64,000 bases of DNA, from contig NC_068981.1 of the NCBI RefSeq assembly GCF_001194135.2, forward strand, positions 49,256,414 through 49,320,413, read 5' to 3'. Every line of letters starts with the position of its first letter. Position 1 is the stretch's first letter. Made by a program: the position numbers and the translations under genes. Under the pieces are notes generated by a model. That model worked only from the letters and a program-made list of their open reading frames with translations. It was not told where the DNA came from and ran no database searches. Positions 1-12,287 of this stretch are shown here, in pieces. This stretch comes from Octopus bimaculoides (lineage: Eukaryota).

Positions 1-44
<44 letters not shown>

Positions 45-60
45 TGCATATATGTGTACA

Positions 61-700
61 ATAGGTCGACAACAGTGCAAATAAAAATAAATACGTAAAT
101 AAACGTGTTATATACGTACAACGAGAGAAAAAAATGGCACCAGGAAAAGTAAACACAAAGAAAGAACACTTCATCAGTTGCCGGCTGTCTCTCTACTCCT
201 CATTTCGAGCATTCATGGAGAATATGAGACTTCAAAGACAGTTTCCCTCATAAATTCTAAGATAAAATTTAGGGCTTATGAGTGGGGACACACAGAAACA
301 GAACGAAAACAAACATGGAAGGACATTAGACTAGGAACAGGGGACTTTTAAGCTATTATATAGTTTTTAAGGAAATGACACCGAATGGGAACATCTGCAA
401 ACAGATCTCTGACGTATTTGGAGAATTTGTTGCAATTGCTTCCTCCAGAGTCATATCCCAATGACGATCATATTCGTCGCAAAAAATTAAAAAAATCATG
501 TAAAACATTACCGTAAAGAATTTCCGTAATGAAAAGTTTGTTGGTTCAGTATGTTCGCCACAGGAATTTCCTTCAAAAAGAAGTGGTTAAACAAAGTGAT
601 ACATCATCTCCCTCTTTTTTCTCACAGACCCCGCTTTTTCTCTCTTTTATTATTACTCCCACTGCCACCATCAACACTACTACTTTTAATAAAACATCTT
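61..700 (-). mobile_element. Degenerate 3' end of a Penelope-like element (GIY-YIG remnant plus terminal repeat tail ending in (TA)n)
   Basis: Frameshifted minus-strand translation gives GR*CITL (CxxC-linker-like), FSLRKFFT, and NKFSKYVRDLFADVPIRCHF, resembling the RF.EH.RDI...PV..HF helix of PLE GIY-YIG endonucleases. The tail carries ctcgaaa...ctgatgaag, typical of PLE terminal repeats. Confidence 0.45.
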
Positions 701-998
701 CAACTCTCTCTAAATTTCTTAGTCTCCCTTTCCCTCTTTCTCTCTCTCCTTCTGTCTTCGCCACCGCCCTCACCATTTCTATGCCTACTATTCCTCTCAC
801 CCCAGCACGAAGAATAGTACTACTATCGAATGATCGCCGAAATATTATTGCATAGTGAGAGAAAGGGTCAAAATGTGATACGCTGACATACAGAAATTAG
901 TTTTCACATTCATTATATATTTATATTATACATATTACGTACTAGCCATTTCTCCGCTCACTGAAAAAAAATGGACAACGTTAATGGGTTTTCTAAAC

Positions 999-1111
999 TT
1001 ATTGGGGGGTATCATCAGTGGCGTCTACATCATTCTGACAGTCCCCAGTGAAACAAGCAGCGAAAGTGTTTATATACTCAAGAATTTCAGCAGTTACTCT
1101 ATAAAGGAGTC
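999..1111 (-). CDS. Candidate terminal coding exon (G)LLYRVTAEILEYINTFAACFTGDCQNDVDATDDTPQ*, product unknown
   Basis: Open frame from a weak acceptor (aaattaag|GACTCC) to TAA at 999-1001. Its phase-1 start is compatible with the phase-1 end of the 14784-14906 candidate exon. No homology recognised. Confidence 0.2.
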
Positions 1112-1245
1112 CTTAATTTGCATACCGAAAATGTTTAACACTCCATAAATACCACCAGCATGTCAACCGGCAACTTAGTCCACACAGTATCAAAGTATGA
1201 TATAATATATATACAATATATGGTATAATACGTATATAAATATAT

Positions 1246-1256
1246 ATGTGTGTGTG

Positions 1257-1301
<45 letters not shown>

Positions 1302-1325
1302 GTGTGTGTATGTGTGTGTGTGTGC
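1246..1325. repeat. (TG)n microsatellite
   Basis: Directly visible. Confidence 0.95.
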
Positions 1326-3064
1326 GTCTGTCTGTTTGTCTTCTAATCTTAAAGAATGTTTTGCAACTGATATTACATCATTGATCATATATTATAATTT
1401 ACGTAGAGCCAACACTACAACATTTGCAAAGTCTGGATCTTAATGATCGTGTTTTCTTCACACAGAATTATACTCAAAATTCTGTAATATAAAATTATGT
1501 TTCACAAGTGAGGCTGTGTCGAAATATATGTTGTAACACCTCAAATCCTGTAGTTACTCGCTTTAGATTTTACGTCATGAAATTAACAGAAATATGACAT
1601 AAATATATAACGTAAACCATTTTTAATTAAAAATATCTTATGCAGAATTATGACTTCCTTTTTCACATCAATTCCTTCATGTAACTAAGAAATCACAAAG
1701 ACGAGTCCTCATGTTTTCTCCCAAATTCTATTGAAAGAATGCAATTATTAGATTTCCGTTTATAAAAATAGTTTTTGATGTATTAATACACTCTGAATAG
1801 GATAAATTTTAAAATAGCCTTTCCATAAAAATGCATCATTTGAAATCACTAAAGAATATAAACGAAAACTACAATGAAAGTGAAGAGAACTAAGGAACCC
1901 AATACGACCTATTAAAATGGCAAATGAAATGCTTTCTCATAGCTTAATGGTTTTCCTTTTTTCGTCTTGCATTATTTCCATTTTCCTACATATTTCATTG
2001 AAAATACATGTCGCATTCAATCGCATGGCATCTGCGTCTATTTATTGGTTTATCAATGAATTGTTGACTTTAGTGACGAACATCCTTGAATATTTCATAT
2101 TCGGAGAGGGTCATTGAGTTACGTGATAATAAAATTATTCTTAAAGAATACTGCTTGTTACAAAGGTATGAAATTTTTCTCAGATGAGTGAATGCAGGGG
2201 AAATATTTTATATCATGTTCATGATTACCTTAACTTTAGAAGAGCATTTTGGCATCACAGATAGGCATGAGATGTGGAAATTCTTTAAACATAATAAAAA
2301 AAAAATAGATATTTAATTAGCTTTTTCAAGCAAATAAACAATTCATGTTCAATATTTCGACGAAATTTTAAAATTATTTATATGCACCTGCTGCCGTTAT
2401 AATATGTATGATTTTTAGATAACCCATGCATAGTATGGACTAGCCTGATTTTACACACACTCCCACGTACAAACACACATTTATATGTACATATACATAC
2501 ATACACATATAAATAAATAAAGAAATATATTTANNNNNNNNNNNNNNNNNNNNNNNNNNNNNNNNNNNNNNNNNNNNNNNNNNNNNNNNNNNNNNNNNNN
2601 NNNNNNNNNNNNNNNNNNNNNNNNNNNNNNNNNNNNNNNNNNNNNNNNNNNNNNNNNNNNNNNNNNNNNNNNNNNTATATATATATATATTTATATATAT
2701 GTAGTGTTGAATTATTCCGAATATACACATGTACCGAGATTTAATTTGAAAAACCGCCTCTTACGTAGATATATCACATTTCTCTGTGCCATGCTGGATA
2801 CGTTTGGTGTTCGTTTGGTATGTTGAATTTTATTCATTTTTATGTGTCTTGATAATGCCTGTACTGACGATTAGAATGTGGATAATGTACACTAACAATG
2901 AAATATTACGATTTTCGGCTGGATCTGTTTTTAAGAGGCGACTTCCAAGTTGCATTCCCTCGATGTCGGTACACTGTCTATTTGTTATGGTAATTTTGAC
3001 TTTAAGAATCCCTCAATAGCGTGAGGCATTTACGTGTAGTAATGCACTTAATATAATAAATGCA

Positions 3065-3100
<36 letters not shown>

Positions 3101-3964
3101 NNNNNNNNNNNNNNNNNNNNNNNNNNNNNNNNNNNNNNNNNNNNNNNNNNNNNNNNNNNNNNNNNNNNNNNNNNNNNNNNNNNNNNNNNNNNNNNNNNNN
3201 NNNNNNNNNNNNNNNNNNNNNNNNNNNNNNNNNNNNNNNNNNNNNNNATATATATATATATATATATATATATACTACAGTAGGCACATAAGTACGAAAG
3301 AAGGTGAGATAAAATGATACTCGAAAACAGGAGTTAGAATAATATGAAGAAAAACTGCTACTCAGAATTTCACATTCCCGTTCGTCGGACAGTTGTGATA
3401 AGGAATGGAAAAAGAACTAAGTTTATACGTATAAATATACTGTACAATTTATATTGAAAGATATGCATTTGAATTTGGCTTCATTTCATTACTCGTCTCA
3501 ACTAACGGTTTTTCAGAAACGGTCATATAAAATTAAATATCATATTGTGTAGAATCCGAGAAAACAGTTATTCAAATATAAATTTTAGTTTATAGAGAAA
3601 AGCATACATGCCCAGAGTAAATTACTTAATGTTAAATAAGTTTAATTATAATGCGAATCTGTTTATAATAAAATATTCACTTACAGAAATTCTAAACATA
3701 GAAATATATATAGACACATGCTATTCGCGTACAGCCATCATACATGCACACACTAAAATGTACAAACGCTAATATATATATATATATATATCAGAGACAT
3801 TTTCCCATATATATTTCAGGAACAATGCAACCTATATTTGCTTTACTTAAGTTCAAAGAGTGGAAAAGATGAAACCGGTAGTAACGTTTTGTCCATGATA
3901 AAATTATTTTCGTATGTACTACTTTGTCGTATACACATACATATTTTATTTGACTTGACATTAT

Positions 3965-4038
3965 CATTATTTTTATTATATTATTATTATTATTATTATT
4001 ATTATATTATTATTATTATTATTATATTATTATTATTA

Positions 4039-4110
<72 letters not shown>

Positions 4111-4147
4111 ATTATTATTATTATTATTATCATTATTATTATTATTA

Positions 4148-4204
<57 letters not shown>
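3965..4204. repeat. (ATT)n trinucleotide microsatellite running into a 907-nt N gap
   Basis: Directly visible; it is the source of the poly-I, poly-Y and poly-N ORFs in the track. Confidence 0.97.
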
Positions 4205-5111
4205 NNNNNNNNNNNNNNNNNNNNNNNNNNNNNNNNNNNNNNNNNNNNNNNNNNNNNNNNNNNNNNNNNNNNNNNNNNNNNNNNNNNNNNNNNNNNNNNN
4301 NNNNNNNNNNNNNNNNNNNNNNNNNNNNNNNNNNNNNNNNNNNNNNNNNNNNNNNNNNNNNNNNNNNNNNNNNNNNNNNNNNNNNNNNNNNNNNNNNNNN
4401 NNNNNNNNNNNNNNNNNNNNNNNNNNNNNNNNNNNNNNNNNNNNNNNNNNNNNNNNNNNNNNNNNNNNNNNNNNNNNNNNNNNNNNNNNNNNNNNNNNNN
4501 NNNNNNNNNNNNNNNNNNNNNNNNNNNNNNNNNNNNNNNNNNNNNNNNNNNNNNNNNNNNNNNNNNNNNNNNNNNNNNNNNNNNNNNNNNNNNNNNNNNN
4601 NNNNNNNNNNNNNNNNNNNNNNNNNNNNNNNNNNNNNNNNNNNNNNNNNNNNNNNNNNNNNNNNNNNNNNNNNNNNNNNNNNNNNNNNNNNNNNNNNNNN
4701 NNNNNNNNNNNNNNNNNNNNNNNNNNNNNNNNNNNNNNNNNNNNNNNNNNNNNNNNNNNNNNNNNNNNNNNNNNNNNNNNNNNNNNNNNNNNNNNNNNNN
4801 NNNNNNNNNNNNNNNNNNNNNNNNNNNNNNNNNNNNNNNNNNNNNNNNNNNNNNNNNNNNNNNNNNNNNNNNNNNNNNNNNNNNNNNNNNNNNNNNNNNN
4901 NNNNNNNNNNNNNNNNNNNNNNNNNNNNNNNNNNNNNNNNNNNNNNNNNNNNNNNNNNNNNNNNNNNNNNNNNNNNNNNNNNNNNNNNNNNNNNNNNNNN
5001 NNNNNNNNNNNNNNNNNNNNNNNNNNNNNNNNNNNNNNNNNNNNNNNNNNNNNNNNNNNNNNNNNNNNNNNNNNNNNNNNNNNNNNNNNNNNNNNNNNNN
5101 NNNNNNNNNNN

Positions 5112-5310
5112 ACATAAATTTTTGACTGAACACTATTCAATTTTTTTCTCCGTGTTTTTCTCCTTGTCTCCGTATTCTTTCTGTTGAAGAGCGTAGCTCG
5201 AAACGTCAAAGACTTTCCGTATTCCCGAGCGTCATACTAATACATCCTTTTGTTATTTACACCACCTGTCCTCGTCTGTTGTTTTTTCGTACATTCTCCC
5301 ATATATATAT
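5112..5310 (+). mobile_element. Penelope-like terminal repeat (pLTR) segment containing a hammerhead-like motif
   Basis: ctgttgaagagcgtagctcgaaacgtc motif followed by a T-rich tail and (TA)n; lies just upstream of a PLE GIY-YIG fragment on the same strand. Confidence 0.55.
5176..5212 (+). ncRNA. Candidate minimal type I hammerhead ribozyme (variant core CUGUUGA)
   Basis: Stem I tcttt(5176-80)/aaaga(5208-12); core ctgttga; stem II gagc-gta-gctc; GAAA at 5200-03; minimal stem III; GUC triplet at 5205-07. The conserved A6 is U here. Confidence 0.45.
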
Positions 5311-5324
5311 ATATATATCATCAA

Positions 5325-5905
5325 CCACACATCATCCTTCTGGCACAAGAACAAAGGTAAGACAACTGAGTCGGTTACTTACGTATGGGGCTTGAAATCT
5401 AACGCCACACCACTTATAGTCAAGTGGATGATAGTTGAAAGGTCCACAACATATGTTAACAGATCAAAAAGAGCAAATCTGTCTGTGCTGAAAGATAACA
5501 GATTCTTTTCAAATGTAAGAATTCTCCACCACTGCTGAATTTCAGATCTGGAATTTTGAAAGGATGCATACACACGGATAATTTCTTTGCGTCAGACTGG
5601 AAAATACCTCCCTCACCGAATTGGAGACACAAGACACCTATCCATTCAAGTGGGACATATTTCTAATTTCTTCACATGTTTTTCTTTTTCGTTTTTCGGT
5701 ATTTTCAACCTTTCATATTTGGCATCAACATTCCTCACATCTTTTCTCTATTTTGTGTTATTGTATCGTCCGGTTTTAGCTTGGTACAACATGTAGGCAG
5801 ACACGAAGGATTACATGGAAGCTCTACCTGTGCAATAAAATGCTGTCTGATTTGTTTGCATTACATGATATTAATAGGTCATAAAAACATACACTGTGTT
5901 TATTG
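5325..5905 (+). mobile_element. Penelope-like element 3' fragment: GIY-YIG C-terminus plus 3' tail
   Basis: Translation SFWHKNKGKTTESVTYVWGLKSNATPLIVKWMIVERSTTYVNRSKRANL, then (frameshift) LLNFRSGILKGCIHTDNF. This matches the PLE pattern SFRH....TELSKYIW.LK....I.W.I......Y....K.CNLC...LLN.RSE....CRH.NKF. Confidence 0.75.
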
Positions 5906-5911
5906 AATATT

Positions 5912-5944
<33 letters not shown>

Positions 5945-6104
5945 CTCCGAGTTTTAGTTGTCGGGGTGGATATCCACGCCGCCACCTCTTCAGTTATCTG
6001 ACCATCGAAAAATGCTATGAAAATGACTGTTTAACAAATGGAAATTACTGTGCATAACTACAGATACCTGATGGTTGTCAATTTCCTAGATGTATCTCGT
6101 TAGA

Positions 6105-6350
6105 TCTAAATAAGAAAATTTATAAATTTTGTAGGAAACCCAACGATAGACTGCCATCCCCCCATACTGTTTAAACATTTTGTTAAAAACATTAGCAAAA
6201 GAATTTCTAGCCTTTCCTCCGATAGGGACATTTTTAATAGCGTTGCCTCAGTATATGATAAGGCCCTAAATGATAGTGGATTTAGCAAGGAAATAACCTA
6301 TACACCTGCCACCAGTCCAATAATAAAGATAATGAAACATAGGAATTGGA
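6105..6350 (+). mobile_element. Penelope-like element internal fragment (RT thumb region)
   Basis: KFCRKPND, then (frameshift) HPPILFKHFVKNISKRISSLSSDRDIFNSVASVYDKALNDSGFSKEITY, a characteristic PLE RT C-terminal segment. Confidence 0.8.
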
Positions 6351-6439
6351 AAACTATCTGAAGTGACCTTTAATATAGGCAAGCATTTCTTAGCAATGAT
6401 AGAGCTTTGAGAGCCTTATTATATACAGGGGCAATTCTA

Positions 6440-6732
6440 TAGCACTAATTCTATATTTGCCGAATCGCTACTTTACGGGATCTTAAGGATACCGACACTG
6501 GTTGTCAAGTTTTGATGGGGGGGATACAGATACGCACACACCCACACACACACACACACATACATATGCACGCACATATATATGTGATGAGTTTCTGTCA
6601 GATTCCGTCTACTACATCCAGTCACAAGGCTTCGACCGTAAGAGAACTTCACAACCATATCACAGGCTGAGGCTCAACCCGAAACCACGCTGTTAACAAG
6701 CAAACTTTTTACCACATAGTAACGTCTGCGCT
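6440..6732 (-). mobile_element. Octopus tRNA-derived SINE (family A; OK/OR-type), degenerate
   Basis: Matches the family seen at 12040-12480 (gccgaatcgcta..., ggttgtcaag, internal (CA)n, ccgtctact...tccagtcacaaggcttcgacc, head ending ttaccacatag). Confidence 0.75.
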
Positions 6733-6788
6733 ATTCTAAAAGAGTGACGCCTCTGCGCATGCCACGCAGCACACAGCGACGCCTGCGC

Positions 6789-6825
<37 letters not shown>

Positions 6826-6830
<5 letters not shown>

Positions 6831-7070
6831 GCACAGGCGTCACTGCGTGGCATAGGCGCAGGCACATCTGTGTGATAAGTGCAGACGTTTTTGTGAGGTA
6901 AAAAACAGATTGCTTCCCAACCAATTTCTTCGGGTTAAGTTCCATTATGTGACACCCTGGGGCAAGTATCTCTTACTGTATCCACTTACTGATCGAAGCC
7001 TTATGAGTGGATGTAGTAGACGGAAACTGAGCGAAACCTGTCGTTGATATATATATATACATATATATAT
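6826..7070 (+). mobile_element. SINE family A head, inverted relative to the 6440-6732 copy
   Basis: aggcacaggcgt... head; ttcgggtt B-box-like; gggcaagtatctctt; aagccttatgagtggatgtagtagacggaaactga; then (TA)n. Confidence 0.75.
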
Positions 7071-8589
7071 ACCTTGATAATATTTCGACTAGTGATTTCC
7101 ATTCTATGCATCTTATGCGAAGTATATAGTTGATGCATGATCCATAAATATGATTCAATTAAAAAGGCGCAATCGGGAAATTACTTCATCATTTCTATTC
7201 GGCTTTATTTCGGTGAAGTATTGTGTTCAAGGTTTAAAGTTACACTGCAATTTAACGTTAAGATCAGACATTAGACACAGTGTTATTTAGGAAGTTATCT
7301 GTTATCTAGTTAAGAACCTAAATGCAATTGTTATGTGGTTCATACCCTATTTCTATGGTTGTTTCAACAGCCTACTTCGTTTTAGATCATTCAAAATCAG
7401 TTTTCATATAACAATACTTGGTTCATAGAGGTTAATTCCATCGTAAAGGACTTCAAGGTAAGCAAATCAATTATGGATTTTCATTGATCTCATAACGGAC
7501 AGCTGTATGTCTTTAAGCAGCTAAATGCTACATTTAACTTTTGATTTAATTCTACCATTATATCAGTAAATATCGTGGTTCCGGAACTTAACTGCGATTT
7601 AATGTAATAGAGTTTTCTCATCATATGTCAGATGATGATCTCTCATCTTACCATATTCACTTAAACAATTTTAGTACTCTGTGTCTGCCAAATTTTCTCC
7701 GTTTCACTGATTTTTCAAAGAGATACTGATTAGCTTTCTTCAGAACATCCTCCACGTCGTTTGACAACATCAACAGACTTCAGAGTTAGTCAAGCGAAAT
7801 TTGGTATACTACATCTACTTAAACAAAGTGGTTCTCGGCCTATCATGCAAATGAGATATATAATTGAATTTCATTAATACGTAAATACAACTGACTTCTA
7901 AAAATCTTTTAAAATATGACCACTGTAAATTTAGATTAATGTGAATTGTTACTGTTTTATATACGATAAACTCATAGATTTTACCACTCAGATATTCTTT
8001 TCTATGCACCTCAAATATAAATGCAACTTGTGCACTGCTTCCTACTAATTGTGGGTTACTATTTATATTTGTTGTTTTAAAATCTTCCTTAAATCAAACA
8101 TATTAGACGCACTTAGAATGACTTTAAATATGCATAATTTAATTAAAAGCATTTTCAACATACTGGATTCGGTTTCTGATAAAGTTTCAAGTCAAATTAT
8201 AATACGCTAATAAGTAGTAATATCTTGTCTCGTTACTCAAACGAAGATCACCGTGAAATACGAAATCCGAGGCAATAGGTGGAAAAGTGTGTGCTGGAAA
8301 TACTTGAAAACCTTGTCAACAAATCTCTTTGACTATGTCATTGATTTCATACCATCAGAATCCCGGTTAGAATCTCACTGGCTGATAAGTAGCCCATTAG
8401 CCTCCCATTATACAGGGAAAGGTCCAAATACCGAAGATATTAGGCTTTAGAAGGTGACGTATTTCTATAACGTAACGTTTTGCGAACGAAACCGATAACC
8501 CGTAGTTAGAAAGGACACTTCTTATTCATTTAGCCATGCAGCACCTAATACACATACATACTCCAAGCATACACATATGTGCACACGAG

Positions 8590-8629
8590 CATATGTTTAT
8601 GTATGTTTGTATGTATGTATGTATGTATG

Positions 8630-8686
<57 letters not shown>

Positions 8687-8720
8687 GTCTATCTATCTAT
8701 CGGCTGTCTATATATATATA
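8590..8720. repeat. (TATG)n/(TATC)n compound tetranucleotide microsatellite
   Basis: Directly visible. Confidence 0.95.
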
Positions 8721-11541
8721 TATTAGACTAGACTACCTGTAACCCACTGGACCACCAACAGTCGAAGGTGCCTGAAAAAAACCCGTATCTTGGCAACCCG
8801 TTGTCCGATTTGGGCGAAGGTTATTTTATTCCGTTTGTATTCATATGATTATCCGATTCATGATATCTTTTGCTTTTGAATCTTTCCCTCGGTTTCGCCA
8901 GACGCTCAGCTGTCCGGACGTCTGATTATTGATAATCCTGCTTCTGTCTCTTTGCCTCTGTTACGTCAGACACCCCACGCTCGCTTTATCAATCTCATCG
9001 ATCCTTCTATTCGCATGCCTGTCCCTATTTCGGGTAAATATTTCATAAAGGACCCGTCCCAACTTCGGTGTGAACTAATATTTTCCATAGGATTTTTCGA
9101 GTGTATCTCACTTCCAAACCCGCCGCAAGTCACGTTCTTCCGAACAAGAGAGCGTGGAGGGGTGGTGGGGACCTCGGCGTTTCCCGTGAAGCCCTGAGTT
9201 TAACAACAGTGGAGTTTTGTTTCAAGCATTTTTTTTTCTTTTCCAGATTGTTTCGCATGCTTTCAATGAATATGACACCGAAACCATGCGTAAAGTGCAT
9301 CTTTCCCCAGAAATCGGAATGTTGGCTGCTATTTCTAGCATACTCCGCTACCACATGACAGCTATTTCGGGTCCTTTATCACAAACAACTCTATTTCCTC
9401 ATAACCTATAGAGAAATGGACGTTTTTATTTTTTTACGGTACACAATATTATAACAAATGTGACGTTGTCGTCGTTATCATCGTGGTATAAAATGTTTAC
9501 GAAAATTGACTTATAGAAGAGATTATAATGTAAAATTTCTGTGATGCAAATATGTAAATGAAAGAAAGTTTGTTTGGTAGTCGTAAGATTACTGAATCTT
9601 TTGATACTCCAAACATTTTTATTGAAATCCAATTTGCCTATAATTCAACTAGATGTAAGTTCAATATATATACAAAGTTTGGTGAATGTTGGTTCCCTGA
9701 TTTGAGCAGCAAGATAGTAACACACAGAAATTGTCATTTATACATACTATACACAGTTGTGTGCGTGTGTATATATGTTTTTTGTGTGTATACATTCATG
9801 CACACAACACATATATAATGCTTAGATACATATATCTCTTATGGATTGGCTCACACGCTTACATGACGAATCCTTGTCTTTTTAGCCCCGGTAATACTAT
9901 AGATGTTACAGCAACACTATCAGGAATTCCTTTTCCAAGATAAATGCAATGCAGAAACATTATGATGGGGATTTTATAAATATAAGCTACATCCGATCAC
10001 ATCATATACAAAATCAACATTTATTACATGCTTGACTGGCTTACGATCTTTCAGATGATGAAAACATTATTTGCTTGCTTTGTTTCATCTGCACAAGAAT
10101 GCCTAACAAAACATGATCGGTTTTGAAAGACAAACTCAGTTATGAGCTCAACATTTAAGAGATTACTTGTGTCTACGTCGTTTCATTTCCCAGCGTCCCT
10201 GTTACTCTTTTTCGTATTTAATGTGATTCTCTTTACATTGCAAGGCCATTTTAATCACACTTGTATCCTTCATACCCTATCAGTTTTAGTTTCTTCCGTA
10301 TTTCCACACGAATATTTGTTTAACTCATCTCAGCACAGAACATATTTCTCTATAGAGTAGATGCTTTCTGCTTTTTCCCTGCTTCAATAGAAACTATATT
10401 TCTTCTCCACCCTTGTCTGAAACATCACCATATAACGTTTATATTTACATTTACTGCCTTCAAGATACCCCTACCATTTTCTTTGTCCCTCCAGGATGTA
10501 TGGAAATTGTGTCAATATGTCTTTAGTTATCTTCATTATAATGTCCATGTAGAGCAGCCATGATTTAAAAATTATCGGTGGTACGTAACTTAAGAAACCA
10601 ATATTCAAAAACTATGTATGACTTCTGAAATCTATGCTCAACGTTGATTTGCATCCCCACTTTATATTCTGCTAAAAATAAAAATAGTGGTTTCAAAGTT
10701 TTATTGTATATCCGTATTTTAGAATCTACATCAGTTCTAATTTAGAGTGGATTTAAAAGAACAATTTTATAAGGAGGTTTTGAGAACCTCAATTGAAGCT
10801 ATTCCGACTGCATGGAATTCTGAAATAAATATTAAGTTTTTTAAGCCACAGAGAAATATGCTTAGTTATTTATATCGATTTAAATTTAGCTGCCATAATT
10901 ATTATTTACAAATTGTAGACACACCTACATTCAATTTCAGACACACCCATAATAGCATTAATAGCATTTTTTGCATTATACTTATAATATACGCATGTTA
11001 ATGGAACAAAACTGTTATTAAAATAAAAAGTAACAATATATTTATTTCTTTTTTCTCAAATAATACTTTTGCTTATGTTTTTCAGAAAGACATATTTAGG
11101 TATTTTTAACGCCTAAGTACGATGTAGTAATATGAATAAAAACACAAGTATATGGAAAAATGTGTTTTGTGCTAATTTACGTCTCCTTAAAAACTTAGTC
11201 CGCAGTATACATTATAACATTCAATGTGATGTTTACTACCAATCTTTCATAAACTTATCAACATGTTGGTTATAGACAAATGCTTTCTGTTTCCTCTAAT
11301 AAGCATATTTTCATACTTTAATTTTATATTATTTACTTTAGAAAAAAGTCCGTAACTTGATAGTGGAAATAGTTTATATAATAGTAATATATTTCCAAGT
11401 CTAAAAGATTTGCTGAACACTAATTAGTCCATGAATACCCCCACCCCATACCACCTCAGAAAATAATCTATAACAAATTCCACACCAAATATCTGAACTT
11501 AGTGGAAGATTTTTTCAAGAAATCATGTAAATTACAAACAT

Positions 11542-11870
11542 CATTGCACTTCCAATAGAATCTGACTTCAAATAGAATCTGATAGCAATAGAATCTGACA
11601 ATCTAAAGATCTTGTATGAGTATGCATACAATGAGCCAGGAAGTGTAAGACATTTGAAGGTGGTTACGTTTTATTTTGAAGCATTGGATGACCCACAAAC
11701 TATTTGCTGTGTCATTACACTTCAAATAGAATCTAACAATTACGCAAAAGGATATTCTAAGAACATGCACACTATGAGTCAGGAAGTGTAAGATATGTGA
11801 AGGTGGTTACATGTTATTTTGAAGCATTAAATGTTAATTTGAAGCATAAACCATTTGTTGTATGAATACA
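11542..11870 (+). repeat. Imperfect tandem duplication, about 171-bp period, 2 copies
   Basis: catt(g/a)cacttc(c/a)aatagaatct...atgag(c/t)caggaagtgtaaga...tgaaggtggttac...ttattttgaagcatt...aaac(t/c)atttg(c/t)tgt repeats at 11542 and 11713; the first unit has 3 internal aatagaatctga copies. Confidence 0.9.
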
Positions 11871-12039
11871 ATTATTTAACACATGACTCATTCTATATTT
11901 TTAAAAAATATTTAGATATGAAAATTTGACAAGTATACAGACCTAACATTTATTGAAATGGAACGAACAAAAATTCGTTAAAAATGTATTACTCTACATG
12001 TGATACTCACTGTTTGCATCAGCAAATAATTTGTTTTAT

Positions 12040-12249
12040 TCTTTTATCTGTTAAAGTAATTTGACCACGGCTATGTTGGAGCACCGCTTTTAGTCGAGCA
12101 AATCGAGCCCAGGGCTTATACTTCATAAGCCTAGTAGTTATTCCATCGGTCTCTATTGCCGATCCGCTACGTTACGTGTACGTAGACACAACAGCATCGG
12201 TTGTCAAGCGATGTTGGGGGGACAAACACAGACACACAAACATATAAAT

Positions 12250-12287
<38 letters not shown>

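Noticed and set aside
529-855. 108-aa Ser/Thr/Leu-rich ORF
   Set aside because: Low-complexity pyrimidine-rich strand, partly antisense to a decayed Penelope fragment; no gene signals.
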